Positions 19,065-29,653 of a stretch of 64,000 bases of DNA are shown here, piece after piece. The stretch covers positions 1,472,001 to 1,536,000 of the forward strand of contig CAWCKY010000006.1 of the NCBI GenBank assembly GCA_963796275.1, read 5' to 3'. The DNA is from an uncultured Acidobacteriota bacterium. GTDB lineage: Bacteria; Acidobacteriota; Blastocatellia; RBC074. The position numbers and the translations under genes were made by a program. Under the pieces are notes generated by a model. The model saw nothing but the letters and a program-made list of their open reading frames with translations. It was not told the origin of the DNA and searched no databases. How positions within the stretch are numbered: position 1 is the stretch's first letter; each line of letters opens with the position of its first letter.

Positions 19065-20148
19065 ATTATTTCAAACCTTTGCAACCCTTTATACTCAATA
19101 CACGCAAGCATGCGTGACAGAAGGCGATTCTCAATCCTCCTTTATTGGCTGTCAAGTGAATCATCAAACTGCGATAATCCCGCATGCTCCGGAATACATA
19201 AAATTTCAGAATATAAATTTAGAATATAAATTTAACAGATAACGCCCAAAATTTATTTTATGAATTATCTCGAAATTTTAATGCTTCAGGGCTTCCATCT
19301 GACCTCATTCCATTGTATAAGTATAGGGAAGTTCAATAACTCAAATTCCCCCATTGACTAGATGTATTGGTTAGACTTGTAGAAAAAGTAGTGATTCGTC
19401 GAATCTCGTCGAAAGATGAGAGCATGCCCTTTTTATTGTCGCCCCAATTAACTGAAGGTGAAATCGATTGCCTGAGCTTATGCCAGCATAAATGCCTCTA
19501 GCCTGGGTTAGAGTGTGCTGTATGTTGCTGCTAGATATGCTAGAAAGGCAGGCGCGAAGAGAGCCGGAAAGAGCAAGAGACGGCCAAGATGGTCTGAGTA
19601 ATGAATGGCCTGAGCTGGGAAGAGGAATGGTGCTGGAGGATATAATAGGCAAGTACAAGGCTGGAAGCTAAAAGTGGGATTTTAGCGGGGTGTACGTGGG
19701 AAAGAGTGAAATAGAAAAGATTGAAATAGCTAAGATATAGCTTTAAGATAGATAAGATAGCTAAGATAGATAAGATTGAAGCCTTGAGGGATAACGGGGA
19801 GACGCAAAGCAAAAAAATAGTGCAATAATATAATAAATTAGAATAGAGAACAGAATAGATAGCGCATAAGTAAGTGTTATCGAAAGTTGCCTGCCAATTA
19901 GAAAAAGAAGATAGATGCGCCTCTGTGCCTGTGTGATGGTTGGCGTGGGATCTTCATCACACCCAAAAAGACAATTTGATAAAAATAGGGATAGGTCCCT
20001 GTTTTGTTTGAGCTAAGCACTTATAGCCGCCCCCTTGATGGCAGTCTCTCCCCCACCAAGAATGGCAGGCCAATGTGTGGCTGCCGTTCGAGAATTTTAT
20101 GTCGAAAAACCCCATAGCGATAAACTCGACAAAGAAAAGGAGAGCCAG

Positions 20149-22068
20149 ATGCTCGCTCCGAATACTCTGTTGCAAGATCGCTATCTCGTGATGCGCCTAC
20201 TTGGACAAGGCGGCATGGGAGCAGTATATCAAGCGACGGATAGAAAGTTCGGCAATGCAGTTGCCTTAAAAGAGACCTTCTATAACGACATTCAACTACG
20301 CAAGGCATTTTCACAAGAGGCACGCCTGCTCAATAGATTGCGGCATGCGGCGTTGCCGGTTGTGACGGATTACTTTGCCATCGGCGACAGACAATTTCTG
20401 GTAATGCAATATATTCCGGGCATGGACCTGGAGCAGTTGCTGGCGGAACGCCGCGAGCGGGGACAGGGAGTGTTTTTAACCACTCAGGTCCTGCGGTGGG
20501 GCGACCAGCTTCTCGATGCGCTCGAATATCTGCATTCGCAAAAACCGCCGATAATCCATCGAGATATCAAACCGCAAAACCTCAAGCTCACTCCGCGCGG
20601 CGAAGTCATCCTTCTCGACTTCGGTTTAGCCAAAGGCATATCAAATCAGCCGGCCGATGGCGGAGGCCAGAGCATACGAGGGTATACGCCAAACTATGCC
20701 TCGCTCGAGCAGATTCGCGGGACGGGCACCGATTCCCGCAGCGATATCTATAGTATCGGGGCGACGCTTTATCATCTGCTGACGGGCCAGATGCCGCAGG
20801 ACGCCATGACGCGGATAGCGGCGATGCTGATGGGCCAGTCTGATCCATTACCGCAGATCAACGAATTGAACAACGAAGTACCGCCGGCTATCGCGGCAGC
20901 GATTGAAAAGGCGATGTCGCCGCATCCCGATCAGCGTTATCAATCGGCGGCGATGATGAGACAGGCGTTGCGCAATGCCAGCCGCAACGCGCCCGATCTC
21001 AATTTCCATCGCACTCCGACGATCATCATGAACGGGCCCGCGAAGAACAGCAGCATGGTGGCTGCCGCCGCGGCGGTGAATTACGATGGGTCAAGGCAGC
21101 CGCAGCAGGGGCTGCAGCAGCGCGAAGCGCCCAACGTTCCGCAGCAGCAAGGTACGGGGGCGAGAGCTCCGCAGGGCGCGGATGCCGAGCATGTCATCAT
21201 TCTCCTTGATGAAGGGAAGCAGCAGCCGGTAAGGAGAAAATTAAAATCGCAAAAATTGAGCTTTGACATGCCGAATCCGAAAATGTCCGACTCTATTGCT
21301 TCGAGCAGAATTCCGGACATACCGAATCGATCTCTGTTGGCGGGCGTCGGCGCAGCTCTGGCACTATTGTTCATAGCAACCGGACTCTTTTTATTTATGT
21401 CACCGGACTGGAGAAATGCGATCATGGGGGGCACCAACAGTGTGCCCGTAGCCATGAATCGGAATAATCCCGGTGATGGCAAATCCAAGAAGACGGAGGC
21501 TCCGACTCCGATCGTCAGATCGACCGTTCGGGTCGAGGCATTACGTTATTATCTCGAGGTAGATTCAACCGGGAGTAGGACGAAGCGTACGACTGGATTT
21601 ACTTCTCTTGCGGCGGGAAGCAAGTTCAGGTTTCATTTCAAACCCCGGGAGAGCGGCTACCTCTATCTAATCGCATTGGGCCAAAGCGGTATTATGAGCT
21701 TTTTGACTGCCCAACCAATACCTGCAACTGGAGTGACGACCAACCGTTTGGAGGAGGGAGAAGATTTCAAATTCCCGGACGCCGGCCAATGGTTCGAGAT
21801 CCAGCCTGATTCGGATAAGACACCATTTATAGTCATCTTCTCGCCCACACAGCTCAAGACGCCGGCCTTTCTTTCTGCGCCATCAGGGCGTAACCTGAAC
21901 GACACCGAAAAATTGGAGTTGGATCAGTTGAGGAGAAAGTCCGCCGCGATTCCTCCAGAATTAGTTGAGACCGGTGATAAAAATACACCGGATATGGTCG
22001 TTCAAATTTCCCCTGACCGCCCGACCAATCAACCGCTGGTGTTCGAGTTGTCGCTCAAGAAAAAATAG
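20149..22068 (+). CDS. Membrane Ser/Thr protein kinase with C-terminal DUF4384-like domain
   Basis: LGQGGMGAVY, VALKE, HRDIKPQN, DFGLAK, YASLEQ; TM; FRFHFKPRESGYLYLI; start MLAPNT with AAGGAG RBS. Confidence 0.88.
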   Translation: MLAPNTLLQDRYLVMRLLGQGGMGAVYQATDRKFGNAVALKETFYNDIQLRKAFSQEARLLNRLRHAALPVVTDYFAIGDRQFLVMQYIPGMDLEQLLAERRERGQGVFLTTQVLRWGDQLLDALEYLHSQKPPIIHRDIKPQNLKLTPRGEVILLDFGLAKGISNQPADGGGQSIRGYTPNYASLEQIRGTGTDSRSDIYSIGATLYHLLTGQMPQDAMTRIAAMLMGQSDPLPQINELNNEVPPAIAAAIEKAMSPHPDQRYQSAAMMRQALRNASRNAPDLNFHRTPTIIMNGPAKNSSMVAAAAAVNYDGSRQPQQGLQQREAPNVPQQQGTGARAPQGADAEHVIILLDEGKQQPVRRKLKSQKLSFDMPNPKMSDSIASSRIPDIPNRSLLAGVGAALALLFIATGLFLFMSPDWRNAIMGGTNSVPVAMNRNNPGDGKSKKTEAPTPIVRSTVRVEALRYYLEVDSTGSRTKRTTGFTSLAAGSKFRFHFKPRESGYLYLIALGQSGIMSFLTAQPIPATGVTTNRLEEGEDFKFPDAGQWFEIQPDSDKTPFIVIFSPTQLKTPAFLSAPSGRNLNDTEKLELDQLRRKSAAIPPELVETGDKNTPDMVVQISPDRPTNQPLVFELSLKKK

Positions 22069-22116
22069 AGCGATGATGAGCTTGCTTGCGGGGTGGTCCT
22101 GGCAAACAGGAGTTAA

Positions 22117-23799
22117 TTGAAGATGTTGGTAGTAAATAAAACTAAACTAGATTTTCGAAGGCTCACGTTCATATTCACGGGTTTCCTCCTTTCAGGTTTT
22201 CTCACGAACCTTGCTTACGGCCAGGTTGCCCTCGTCAAGGGCACCAACACAACTGGGCGGGCAGAGAATTCGAGGTCGAAGGCGAAACCCAAATCTTCTG
22301 GAACGCGGACTCGCGGGATTAACCTGGGGGCGAGCAACAAGCCGCAGCAACAAAAAGGCGATACCGCCGATGGGCAAACGCGCACGCGCGGGATCAATAT
22401 CGGGGTCGGCAATTCGCTGCTCCCGAAGCAGATGCAGTTTCCCGTCTCTTCGCCGATCAATAACGCAAAAACCGCCACGCCTACAGCTAATGCGCCAGTG
22501 GCTAAAACTGCCGCTACAGCTACTGCGCCAGCGGCTAAAACTGCCACACCTGCTGCAAAACCTGCAACGAAACCCGCCGGTGCGGCTCCTGGCGTTTTCA
22601 CGATAAGCATGCCCAAGATGGGGTCTTCTCCGGCCATGACGGTGAAGCAGCCCGAGACGAAGAATAACGCGGCTGAGAAAGTTATCGCGATGGAGACGGC
22701 AAAGCCTCCTGTTCCCGCGCCTGCGCCTACTCCGGCTCCCACGTCGCCGGTGGCGGCGCCTCCGGTTGATCCGGGAGTGAAGACTGCTGCTGCGACATCG
22801 GCACCAACCCCGGCCAAGATTCCCGGGCCGGTTTTACCGCCGCCCGCGCTATCAAATTTCGGGTTTGAGGTTATTACATCTGATGACCGCGGCAGGATAG
22901 TCGGAAACCGCGTCGAGACATCCCGTTTTTTCCAGACGGAGTTGTCTGGCGGAATGTCGCTGGATATGGTGCAGGTTCCGGGTGGCGGCTATATGATGGG
23001 CAGCCTGGAATCCGATTTGGCAGATGTTAAGAAGAATTCGTCACGCGCGATGGAAAGGGATCTCAGCAACGACATCGCTGAGTCGTTGATCAGACGCTAC
23101 AACTGGGAGGCCCCGAAGCATATGGTAAAAGTGCCGGCCTTCTATATGAGCAAGTATGAGGTCACGCAGGCTCAATGGAGAGCGGTGGCCAGTCTGCCGA
23201 AGGTCAAAATCGATCTCCTCAGCGACCCATCGTCGTTCAAGGGGAGCGGCCTGCCGGTCGAAACGATCACGTGGGAGGAAGCGGTCGAGTTCTGTGAGCG
23301 ACTCTCGATTGCTACCGGGCGGCAATTCCGGCTGCCGACCGAGGCGGAGTGGGAATATGCGTGCCGTGCCGGCACCAACACGCCCTTCAATTTCGGCGAC
23401 TCGATCCGATCGGAATGGGCAAATTTCCAGGGGAAATTCCCATTCAATAATTCTCCCAAAGGCGAATTTCGTGAGACGACCGTGGCTGTAGGGACGCTGG
23501 GTGGGCCGAATGCTTTCGGCCTTTACGACATGCACGGAAATGTTTGGGAGTGGTGTTCTGACATTTGGAACGAGAGTTATGAAGGCGCTCCAACTGATGG
23601 CAAGTCGTGGGATACCGGTAAAATCCCATACCTCCGGATGATTCGAGGGGGGGCGTGGGATAGTCTGGGCGGTGAGTGCCGATCTAACTCGCGTAACAGG
23701 ATGACCTCAACCATTCGGCTTAACAACATTGGCCTCAGAATTGTCGCCGACATACCGGAACAGCTGACGCCAGTGCAGGCAAGTTTAAATACCCAGTGA
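22117..23799 (+). CDS. FGE-sulfatase (SUMF1) domain protein with signal peptide and Ala/Pro/Thr-rich linker
   Basis: MSKYEVTQAQW, PVE.ITW, RLPTEAEWEYACRAG, PNAFGLYDMHGNVWEWC, RGGAW, IGLRI. Confidence 0.9.
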   Translation: MKMLVVNKTKLDFRRLTFIFTGFLLSGFLTNLAYGQVALVKGTNTTGRAENSRSKAKPKSSGTRTRGINLGASNKPQQQKGDTADGQTRTRGINIGVGNSLLPKQMQFPVSSPINNAKTATPTANAPVAKTAATATAPAAKTATPAAKPATKPAGAAPGVFTISMPKMGSSPAMTVKQPETKNNAAEKVIAMETAKPPVPAPAPTPAPTSPVAAPPVDPGVKTAAATSAPTPAKIPGPVLPPPALSNFGFEVITSDDRGRIVGNRVETSRFFQTELSGGMSLDMVQVPGGGYMMGSLESDLADVKKNSSRAMERDLSNDIAESLIRRYNWEAPKHMVKVPAFYMSKYEVTQAQWRAVASLPKVKIDLLSDPSSFKGSGLPVETITWEEAVEFCERLSIATGRQFRLPTEAEWEYACRAGTNTPFNFGDSIRSEWANFQGKFPFNNSPKGEFRETTVAVGTLGGPNAFGLYDMHGNVWEWCSDIWNESYEGAPTDGKSWDTGKIPYLRMIRGGAWDSLGGECRSNSRNRMTSTIRLNNIGLRIVADIPEQLTPVQASLNTQ

Positions 23800-24014
23800 A
23801 TGATAGTTCGACAATCAAGATTTTAGTCAATGGTGAGCCATGCCTAATAGCAGATAATTTCAAGGTGACTGAGCTTGTCAGCGAGCTCAAGTTGCCGCCG
23901 GAGCGTGTCGCGATAGAACTTAACCTTTCCATCCTGCCTCGCTCAAAATGGGCAGAGACGGAATTGCATGCCGGCGATAAACTTGAAATTGTGCAATTCG
24001 TGGGAGGCGGCTGA
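23796..24014 (+). CDS. thiS: Sulfur carrier protein ThiS
   Basis: IKILVNGE...RVAIELN...GDKLEIVQFVGGG with C-terminal diglycine; GTGA overlap with the upstream stop. Confidence 0.88.
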   Translation: MNDSSTIKILVNGEPCLIADNFKVTELVSELKLPPERVAIELNLSILPRSKWAETELHAGDKLEIVQFVGGG

Positions 24015-24068
24015 GCTGACCATTTAGAGGCTGACGATTTAGAGATTTAGATAGAATTCAGGGAAAGC

Positions 24069-24115
24069 AAAAGGCAAAAAGCGGGAAAAAGGCTTCCTGC
24101 TTTTTGCCTTTTTTT
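24069..24115. terminator. Bidirectional intrinsic terminator-like hairpin
   Basis: AAAAGGCAAAAAGCGGGAA / TTCCTGCTTTTTGCCTTTT followed by a T-run, between convergent genes. Confidence 0.75.
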
Positions 24116-24132
24116 ATTTCCTTACCACTCAA

Positions 24133-25371
24133 TTACTCATATCTCAGCGCCTCGACCGGGTCGAGGCGCGAGGCGCGAACGGCTGGATAGATGCCGAAGA
24201 TCAATCCGACAGCCGCCGATACGCCAAAGGACATCGCGATCGATGTCGGTGTCACCACGGTATTCCACTCCGCATAAAGCGCAACGCCGCGGGAAACGAC
24301 GAAGCCGAAGAGTACTCCTATCAAACCGCCGACGAAGCTGATGGTCAGCGCTTCGATCAGGAATTGCTGCCAGATGTCGCGCCTTCGCGCACCGATAGCA
24401 CGTCGCACCCCGATCTCGCGCGTACGTTCGAGGATGTTGGCGAGCATGATATTCATAATCCCGATGCCGCCGACCAGCAATGAGATGCTGGCGATGCAGC
24501 TCATGACGATGTTGAAGATGCGCTGTGTACGTTGATTTTGCTCGAGAAGTTCGCGCGGCACCACGATCGAGTAATCGTCCGCGTTGCCGTGTGTGTTTGC
24601 GAGCACCTGGCTGATTAAGACAGCGCTAGGTTTCAAAGCTTCCGTGTTTTTGATGCTCAAAACGATCTCATCGAGCTCGGATTCAAATCGTTTGAACTCG
24701 AATTTCTTGAGCGCGGTCGCGAGCGGAATATAAATATCATTGCTGAAGTCCTGGAGCTTCACGCCTTCGAATTCATCCTTCGTCAAGTTATTGTCGGCCA
24801 GTACACCGATGACGGAGAACCACAATTTATCGATCTTGATCGTCTGTCCGATCGGTGATTGCGTCCCGAACAATTTCTGCTTGACCCGGGACCCGATGAT
24901 GCAGATCTGTTCGAAATCTTTCTCATCGGGCTCCGAAATGAAACTTCCCTCGCCCATGTCGTAGCGTGAAAGGCGAAAGTAAGACGGCGTGACACCGATA
25001 ACGTTCGAATCGTCGCTCTTGCCCTTGAATGAAAAGATTTGAAAGGTTTTGACGCGTTTGCGGGCTGAATATGTATCGAGATCGGGCGTGACGGCACCGA
25101 GCGCCTGCACGTCGCGTATCGAGAGGCCAATCGAATTTTCGCGGATCTTCTTGAGGTCTTCCTCTTTGAAATCGCGGTCTTTCACGATGATATTGCGCAA
25201 GCCCATCGTGTCGATAATACGCAGGCTCTCCTTTTCAGCTCCCGCGCCGATCGAAAGCATGGCGATCACCGCACCCACGCCGAAGATCATTCCGAGCATG
25301 GTCAGAAAGGTGCGCAGCTTATGCGTATACAGATTGCTGAAGGCGAGATTGATTTCGGTTAGATATTTCAT
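24133..25371 (-). CDS. MacB/FtsX family ABC transporter permease
   Basis: LRTFLTMLGMIFGVGAVIAM, SISLLVGGIGIMNIML..ILERTREIGVRRAIGA, PAVRASRLDPVEALRYE. Confidence 0.93.
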   Translation of the reverse strand: MKYLTEINLAFSNLYTHKLRTFLTMLGMIFGVGAVIAMLSIGAGAEKESLRIIDTMGLRNIIVKDRDFKEEDLKKIRENSIGLSIRDVQALGAVTPDLDTYSARKRVKTFQIFSFKGKSDDSNVIGVTPSYFRLSRYDMGEGSFISEPDEKDFEQICIIGSRVKQKLFGTQSPIGQTIKIDKLWFSVIGVLADNNLTKDEFEGVKLQDFSNDIYIPLATALKKFEFKRFESELDEIVLSIKNTEALKPSAVLISQVLANTHGNADDYSIVVPRELLEQNQRTQRIFNIVMSCIASISLLVGGIGIMNIMLANILERTREIGVRRAIGARRRDIWQQFLIEALTISFVGGLIGVLFGFVVSRGVALYAEWNTVVTPTSIAMSFGVSAAVGLIFGIYPAVRASRLDPVEALRYE

Positions 25372-25450
25372 TGCCTGAAGATAGGTTCTGTTTCCCGCTT
25401 CCGGCCCGCCAATTAAGGCCTGACAACCGGAAACCGATCACTGAATCCTC

Positions 25451-26734
25451 TCACTGCTCCTTACTTTTCTCTTCTTTGGATGCACGCTTCACGTCAGGCG
25501 GGTTGAGCGCGAGTATCTGTCCCGCGCGCAATCCTTCGGTCACGACCACCTGGATCAGATCACCCTGTCCGAGCTTCACCTTCACGGGTTCGAACTTTCC
25601 CGGCCCAGTTTGCACGTGGGCGAACAGCTCGGAGTCTTTCTTCACCACAGCGCTGCGGGGTATCACGATTACGGATTTCAACTCTCCCGCGCGGATCTGC
25701 GCTTTCAGCTTAACTCCTGGTTTCATGACTGCCGTATCGGTTTGATCGAGAGCGATGATAGTTTGAAAATATTTCACCGGCGAATCGCCTTCGATCGGCC
25801 GAGCGATGTTGTCGATACTTTTGACCTTCCCGGCGAATTCCATTCCGGGAAAGGGGTCGAGCGTAACCGTGACGGGTTGATCCTTGCGTAGCTCGCCCGC
25901 GTCCTTCTCGAGGACGAAGCATTTCGCTTCCATATGATCAGGGTTGACGAGGCTGAAGAGGGTCTGACCGATCCAGACGACGCGCCCGGGCTGGATCGAA
26001 GTGCCTCCGAAAAAAAATCCCGGATCGTTATAGACGATGATTCCTGATGCGGGCGATGTCAGCTTTAGCGAAGTCAGGGCGCGCTCGACCTGGCCGATCT
26101 TTGAATTGGCCTGCTCGCGTTCGAGCAGGAGGATCGCCTCGTCCAGCGTATAGACCTTGCCTTTCAGCTGCAATCGCGCATCGGCGTAGACGAGTTTCTT
26201 CTCCGTGAACTCCTTATCGATCTGCCCCTCGATAATCTGGCGGCGCGCGTAGATCATTTCATCGCGAGGCAGGAACTCATTGATCTTCTCCAATTCGAGT
26301 TCGGCAATCTTTTTGTCCTTGATGATGTCGGTCTTCTCGACGCCGGTCGCCAGCTCGACCCTGGATATCTTCTGTTTGGCTGACTCCAGACTCGACTGGT
26401 GTTCAAGCATCTCCAAGTCCAGTTCGGTCGGGTCAAACTCGATAATCATTTCGCCCTTTTTGACATGGCGGCCATCGGATATTACGGAAGCGATGCGCAA
26501 GCGTTGGACAGGAACGAACGGGACGGCGATGGCCATCGATTCGACCGATTGCAATTCGCCGCTGGCATTGATTTTCAGGGTGAAATCATGCTGTTGAAGA
26601 GCAACCGTGAGCGGCAGAACTTCGGCTGCCGAACCCGGCCACGCTCTGCGCGCCGCAAAAATGGCTATCGATATGGCGGCCGACAGAAGAAGGGGAATGA
26701 TACTGTAACGGATAACTTTCGGTAATCGCTTCAT
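25451..26734 (-). CDS. Efflux periplasmic adaptor (MFP/HlyD family) 3
   Basis: N-terminal TM, lipoyl-like G.HVKKGE, coiled coil, SPASGII, MKPG, IPRSAV, EGL.AG. Confidence 0.88.
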   Translation of the reverse strand: MKRLPKVIRYSIIPLLLSAAISIAIFAARRAWPGSAAEVLPLTVALQQHDFTLKINASGELQSVESMAIAVPFVPVQRLRIASVISDGRHVKKGEMIIEFDPTELDLEMLEHQSSLESAKQKISRVELATGVEKTDIIKDKKIAELELEKINEFLPRDEMIYARRQIIEGQIDKEFTEKKLVYADARLQLKGKVYTLDEAILLLEREQANSKIGQVERALTSLKLTSPASGIIVYNDPGFFFGGTSIQPGRVVWIGQTLFSLVNPDHMEAKCFVLEKDAGELRKDQPVTVTLDPFPGMEFAGKVKSIDNIARPIEGDSPVKYFQTIIALDQTDTAVMKPGVKLKAQIRAGELKSVIVIPRSAVVKKDSELFAHVQTGPGKFEPVKVKLGQGDLIQVVVTEGLRAGQILALNPPDVKRASKEEKSKEQ

Positions 26735-26824
26735 AAACTAATATAGAGTATTGGAATGGCCTAGGGTGCGCATCGAGCTCACAAATTTTGCGATCTCAAA
26801 TGCGGTCTCGTATTCTTAATATTG

Positions 26825-28069
26825 TCATTTCGCCTTGGCGAAATCGCCGGCGATATGGTCTCCGGCCTTCAAGCCTTCGACGATCAATATCTCTGCGCCG
26901 TTTGAATCCCCCAGTTTCACCGATTGCTCTCGCCAACCCTGCTCCGTCTTCACTTTGATTTTAGATCCTTCGGTGGTTGTCCGAACGGCTTTAAGCGGTA
27001 CGGCGAGACAATCGGGGAGTGAGGCGGTTATGATCCGTGTCTTGAGGCTCATCCCTGGCCGCATTATCTGGGTATCGAGCTGGTCGAGGGCGATCTGAAC
27101 ATCCAGAACTTTGTTGGGAATATCCCAGGACTTTGGTCTTACGAGTGTTCCCATGCTTTTCACGATACCCGGATATGACTTGCCGGGGAAGGCGTCTATC
27201 GTGATCTCGACTCGCTGATCGACTTTGATCTTGCCGATGTCCACCTCCGGAACGAACGACTCGGCTACTATCGTCTTGAGATCGGGAATTTCGAGAACTG
27301 ACATCCAGGGCCACACCGGTTCGCCGACCTGATATCGCTCGCCGTTCCATTTGGTTTTGTGAATGACCACGCCTTCACGATCGGCTTTTGCCTGAAAATT
27401 CTCGATCCCGCGTTTGATCTCGTTTACCTTATTTTCCGCGCGCGTTTTCTTGCTGACGATAATTTGTACGGTAGCTTCGCTCGATTTCCTGTGCCACACG
27501 ATGCGATCTTTTATAGCAGCGACTTCGCGTCGCGCCTGTTCGAATGCCAGGCGGTCCTCTTCAACTTTTGTCGGCACATCATATGTCGGATCGCTCTCTT
27601 GTTTGAGTTTGAGTTTATCGTAGTTGTTCTGGGCCACCGCTAGTTTTGATACGAGCTCCTGGCCTTCCAGGTCTATCTGCGCATTTGTCTTTTCGAGCTC
27701 TTTCTTGGCCTGATCCAGCTCATTTTCGAATTTCTGCAGGTCTTCTCTTACCTTCTGTGCGTCGAAGGTGATAAGCAAGTCGCCGGCTTTGACCTGTTTG
27801 CCTTCCGGCACCAGATTGACAATATTGAACTGCCAATAGTTGCCGAACGGCGGCGGGGGACCGTAATTTTTCATCGCGGTGGCGCGCAGGAAGCCTGTCG
27901 CGTCGACGCCGAAGCTAACGGTCTTACTGAAAACTACAAACTCCTCGCCACTGGCAGTCGCCCGCGGGAAAAAATTGGCCAGCCTTGAGGGAAGCAGAAA
28001 CCAGGCCGCAACTATTATCGCAATGAAGCTGATGAGCCCGATGAAAGTATTCTTGGTTCTTTTTGCCAT
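26825..28069 (-). CDS. Efflux periplasmic adaptor (MFP/HlyD family) 2
   Basis: EGKQVKAGDLL, coiled coil, VPEVDIGKIKV, MRPGMS, VPLKAV, EGLKAGD; AGGAG RBS. Confidence 0.88.
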   Translation of the reverse strand: MAKRTKNTFIGLISFIAIIVAAWFLLPSRLANFFPRATASGEEFVVFSKTVSFGVDATGFLRATAMKNYGPPPPFGNYWQFNIVNLVPEGKQVKAGDLLITFDAQKVREDLQKFENELDQAKKELEKTNAQIDLEGQELVSKLAVAQNNYDKLKLKQESDPTYDVPTKVEEDRLAFEQARREVAAIKDRIVWHRKSSEATVQIIVSKKTRAENKVNEIKRGIENFQAKADREGVVIHKTKWNGERYQVGEPVWPWMSVLEIPDLKTIVAESFVPEVDIGKIKVDQRVEITIDAFPGKSYPGIVKSMGTLVRPKSWDIPNKVLDVQIALDQLDTQIMRPGMSLKTRIITASLPDCLAVPLKAVRTTTEGSKIKVKTEQGWREQSVKLGDSNGAEILIVEGLKAGDHIAGDFAKAK

Positions 28070-28178
28070 CAATCGCTCCTCGAATTTGTAGGGGCCTTTT
28101 CTCTAAACCGCCGGTAAATTTTCGTCGTTCAGGGCGTCGCCCGCGAACGGGGAGCTGGGCGGTCTGGTTAGATAGGAT

Positions 28179-29486
28179 TTAAAAGTCCAGTTTCGCGAAA
28201 ATGCGGTCGCCTTCTTTCAGCGCGCCATTGCTCGCGACCAAATAGCTCGAGACATCTCCCGCCAGGATCGTAATGGCAACCGGCCTCTGAGTATCACCTT
28301 CAACTCGCGTCACCGTGTGAGACGCTCCGTCGAATCTGACCGCCGTACGCGGGACGAGCAATTGAGGCGCGGTTTCGGAGACCATCACGGCGATCTGGGC
28401 AGACATACCCGGTTTCATGATTTCCATAACCGTGCGATCGAGTGAAATCTCCACCCGGAAGACTTTCGCCTTCGCCATCCAGCTCGCTTTGATCGCAGTT
28501 TGCGATATCTCTTTTATTGCTCCGGTGATGACGGTGTCAGGATAAGTATCCAATCTGACCTCCGTCTTGTCTCCGATCGAGAGCCTCGGTCCATCGACTT
28601 CATTCACCTGAGAGAGCACTTCCATCTCAGTCAGATCCGGTAATCTGACGATCGGCACACCCATCCATACCATATCTCCCACCTGGAGTTTTCGTCGCTC
28701 GTTCCTGTTCCAGTGATCGCCATAGATAACCATCCCATCTGCGGGAGCCTTGAGTTGCATCCCATTTAAATAACTTTTATCTCGGTTCAACTGAACTTTG
28801 AGTTTATCGTTCTCAATTATCTTGACCTGCAGCTCGGCGGCCTGCTCCTTCTTTTTCTTGTCGATCTTATTGAGATGGTTATCGTACTCGGTTTTTGCTT
28901 TTTCGAGAGCTAGCTGCGCATCCTGGTATTCTCGGCGAGGCTGGACATCGGCTGGGATGATGGCCTTCAGCTTGGCTTGCTCGTACGTTAGCCAGAGTTT
29001 GCTTAATTCAATATCGAGGTCTCGCAACGCTGACTCGTGCTGCGCCCTGGATTTGACGATCTCGGTATCCGCGGCAAATATCTTCTCTTCATTATCTTTT
29101 ATCTTGTTCAATACCGTTACGCTGTCGAGCTCGACCAGCCGATCTCCGGCTTTGACTATGGTGCCTTCAGGCGGTAGATAGACGATCTTCACATCTTCCG
29201 GCGTGGTCCCATAAATAGTCCGCGATCTGACGGCGCGTAACTCGCCATCAAGTAATAAGTTCTTTTTCATCGAGCCGCGACGGACTTCAACCACTGGGGA
29301 ATCGGTAGAGGCGCCGTCAGCACCGGCGGATGAGCCGTTAGCACCAGCAGAAAAGAAGGTCAATGAGGGCGGTTGATAGAGAGAGAGGATGATCGGCGCG
29401 AGAATGGCGAGAAGCAGCAGAGCACTAATAATTAATGCGATTCTGCGCTGCTTTGGTTCACCCAGCTTAATAGAACGGCTGATCAT
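28179..29486 (-). CDS. Efflux periplasmic adaptor (MFP/HlyD family) 1
   Basis: PEGTIVKAGDRLVELD, KAPADGMV, VNEVD, MKPGMSA, VPRTAV; start MISRS with AGGAG RBS. Confidence 0.88.
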   Translation of the reverse strand: MISRSIKLGEPKQRRIALIISALLLLAILAPIILSLYQPPSLTFFSAGANGSSAGADGASTDSPVVEVRRGSMKKNLLLDGELRAVRSRTIYGTTPEDVKIVYLPPEGTIVKAGDRLVELDSVTVLNKIKDNEEKIFAADTEIVKSRAQHESALRDLDIELSKLWLTYEQAKLKAIIPADVQPRREYQDAQLALEKAKTEYDNHLNKIDKKKKEQAAELQVKIIENDKLKVQLNRDKSYLNGMQLKAPADGMVIYGDHWNRNERRKLQVGDMVWMGVPIVRLPDLTEMEVLSQVNEVDGPRLSIGDKTEVRLDTYPDTVITGAIKEISQTAIKASWMAKAKVFRVEISLDRTVMEIMKPGMSAQIAVMVSETAPQLLVPRTAVRFDGASHTVTRVEGDTQRPVAITILAGDVSSYLVASNGALKEGDRIFAKLDF

Positions 29487-29653
29487 GGGTATTCTCCTGA
29501 ATTTGAATTTATACAGATGTCTGCTGCTATGAACGCTGTGGCGACAATAATGTTTCAATTCCTTAATAGTTATTCTTGCGAAATCTGGCAAAGATGCAAA
29601 GATTAGTTTCTGCGCGTCTTTGCATTGGAGCATTCATTGTCGGCTGATCCATC

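Noticed and set aside
19371-19812. Minus-strand ORFs of 95 and 90 aa
   Set aside because: Low-complexity Ser/Leu/Ile products of the purine-skewed tract, with no RBS or motif.
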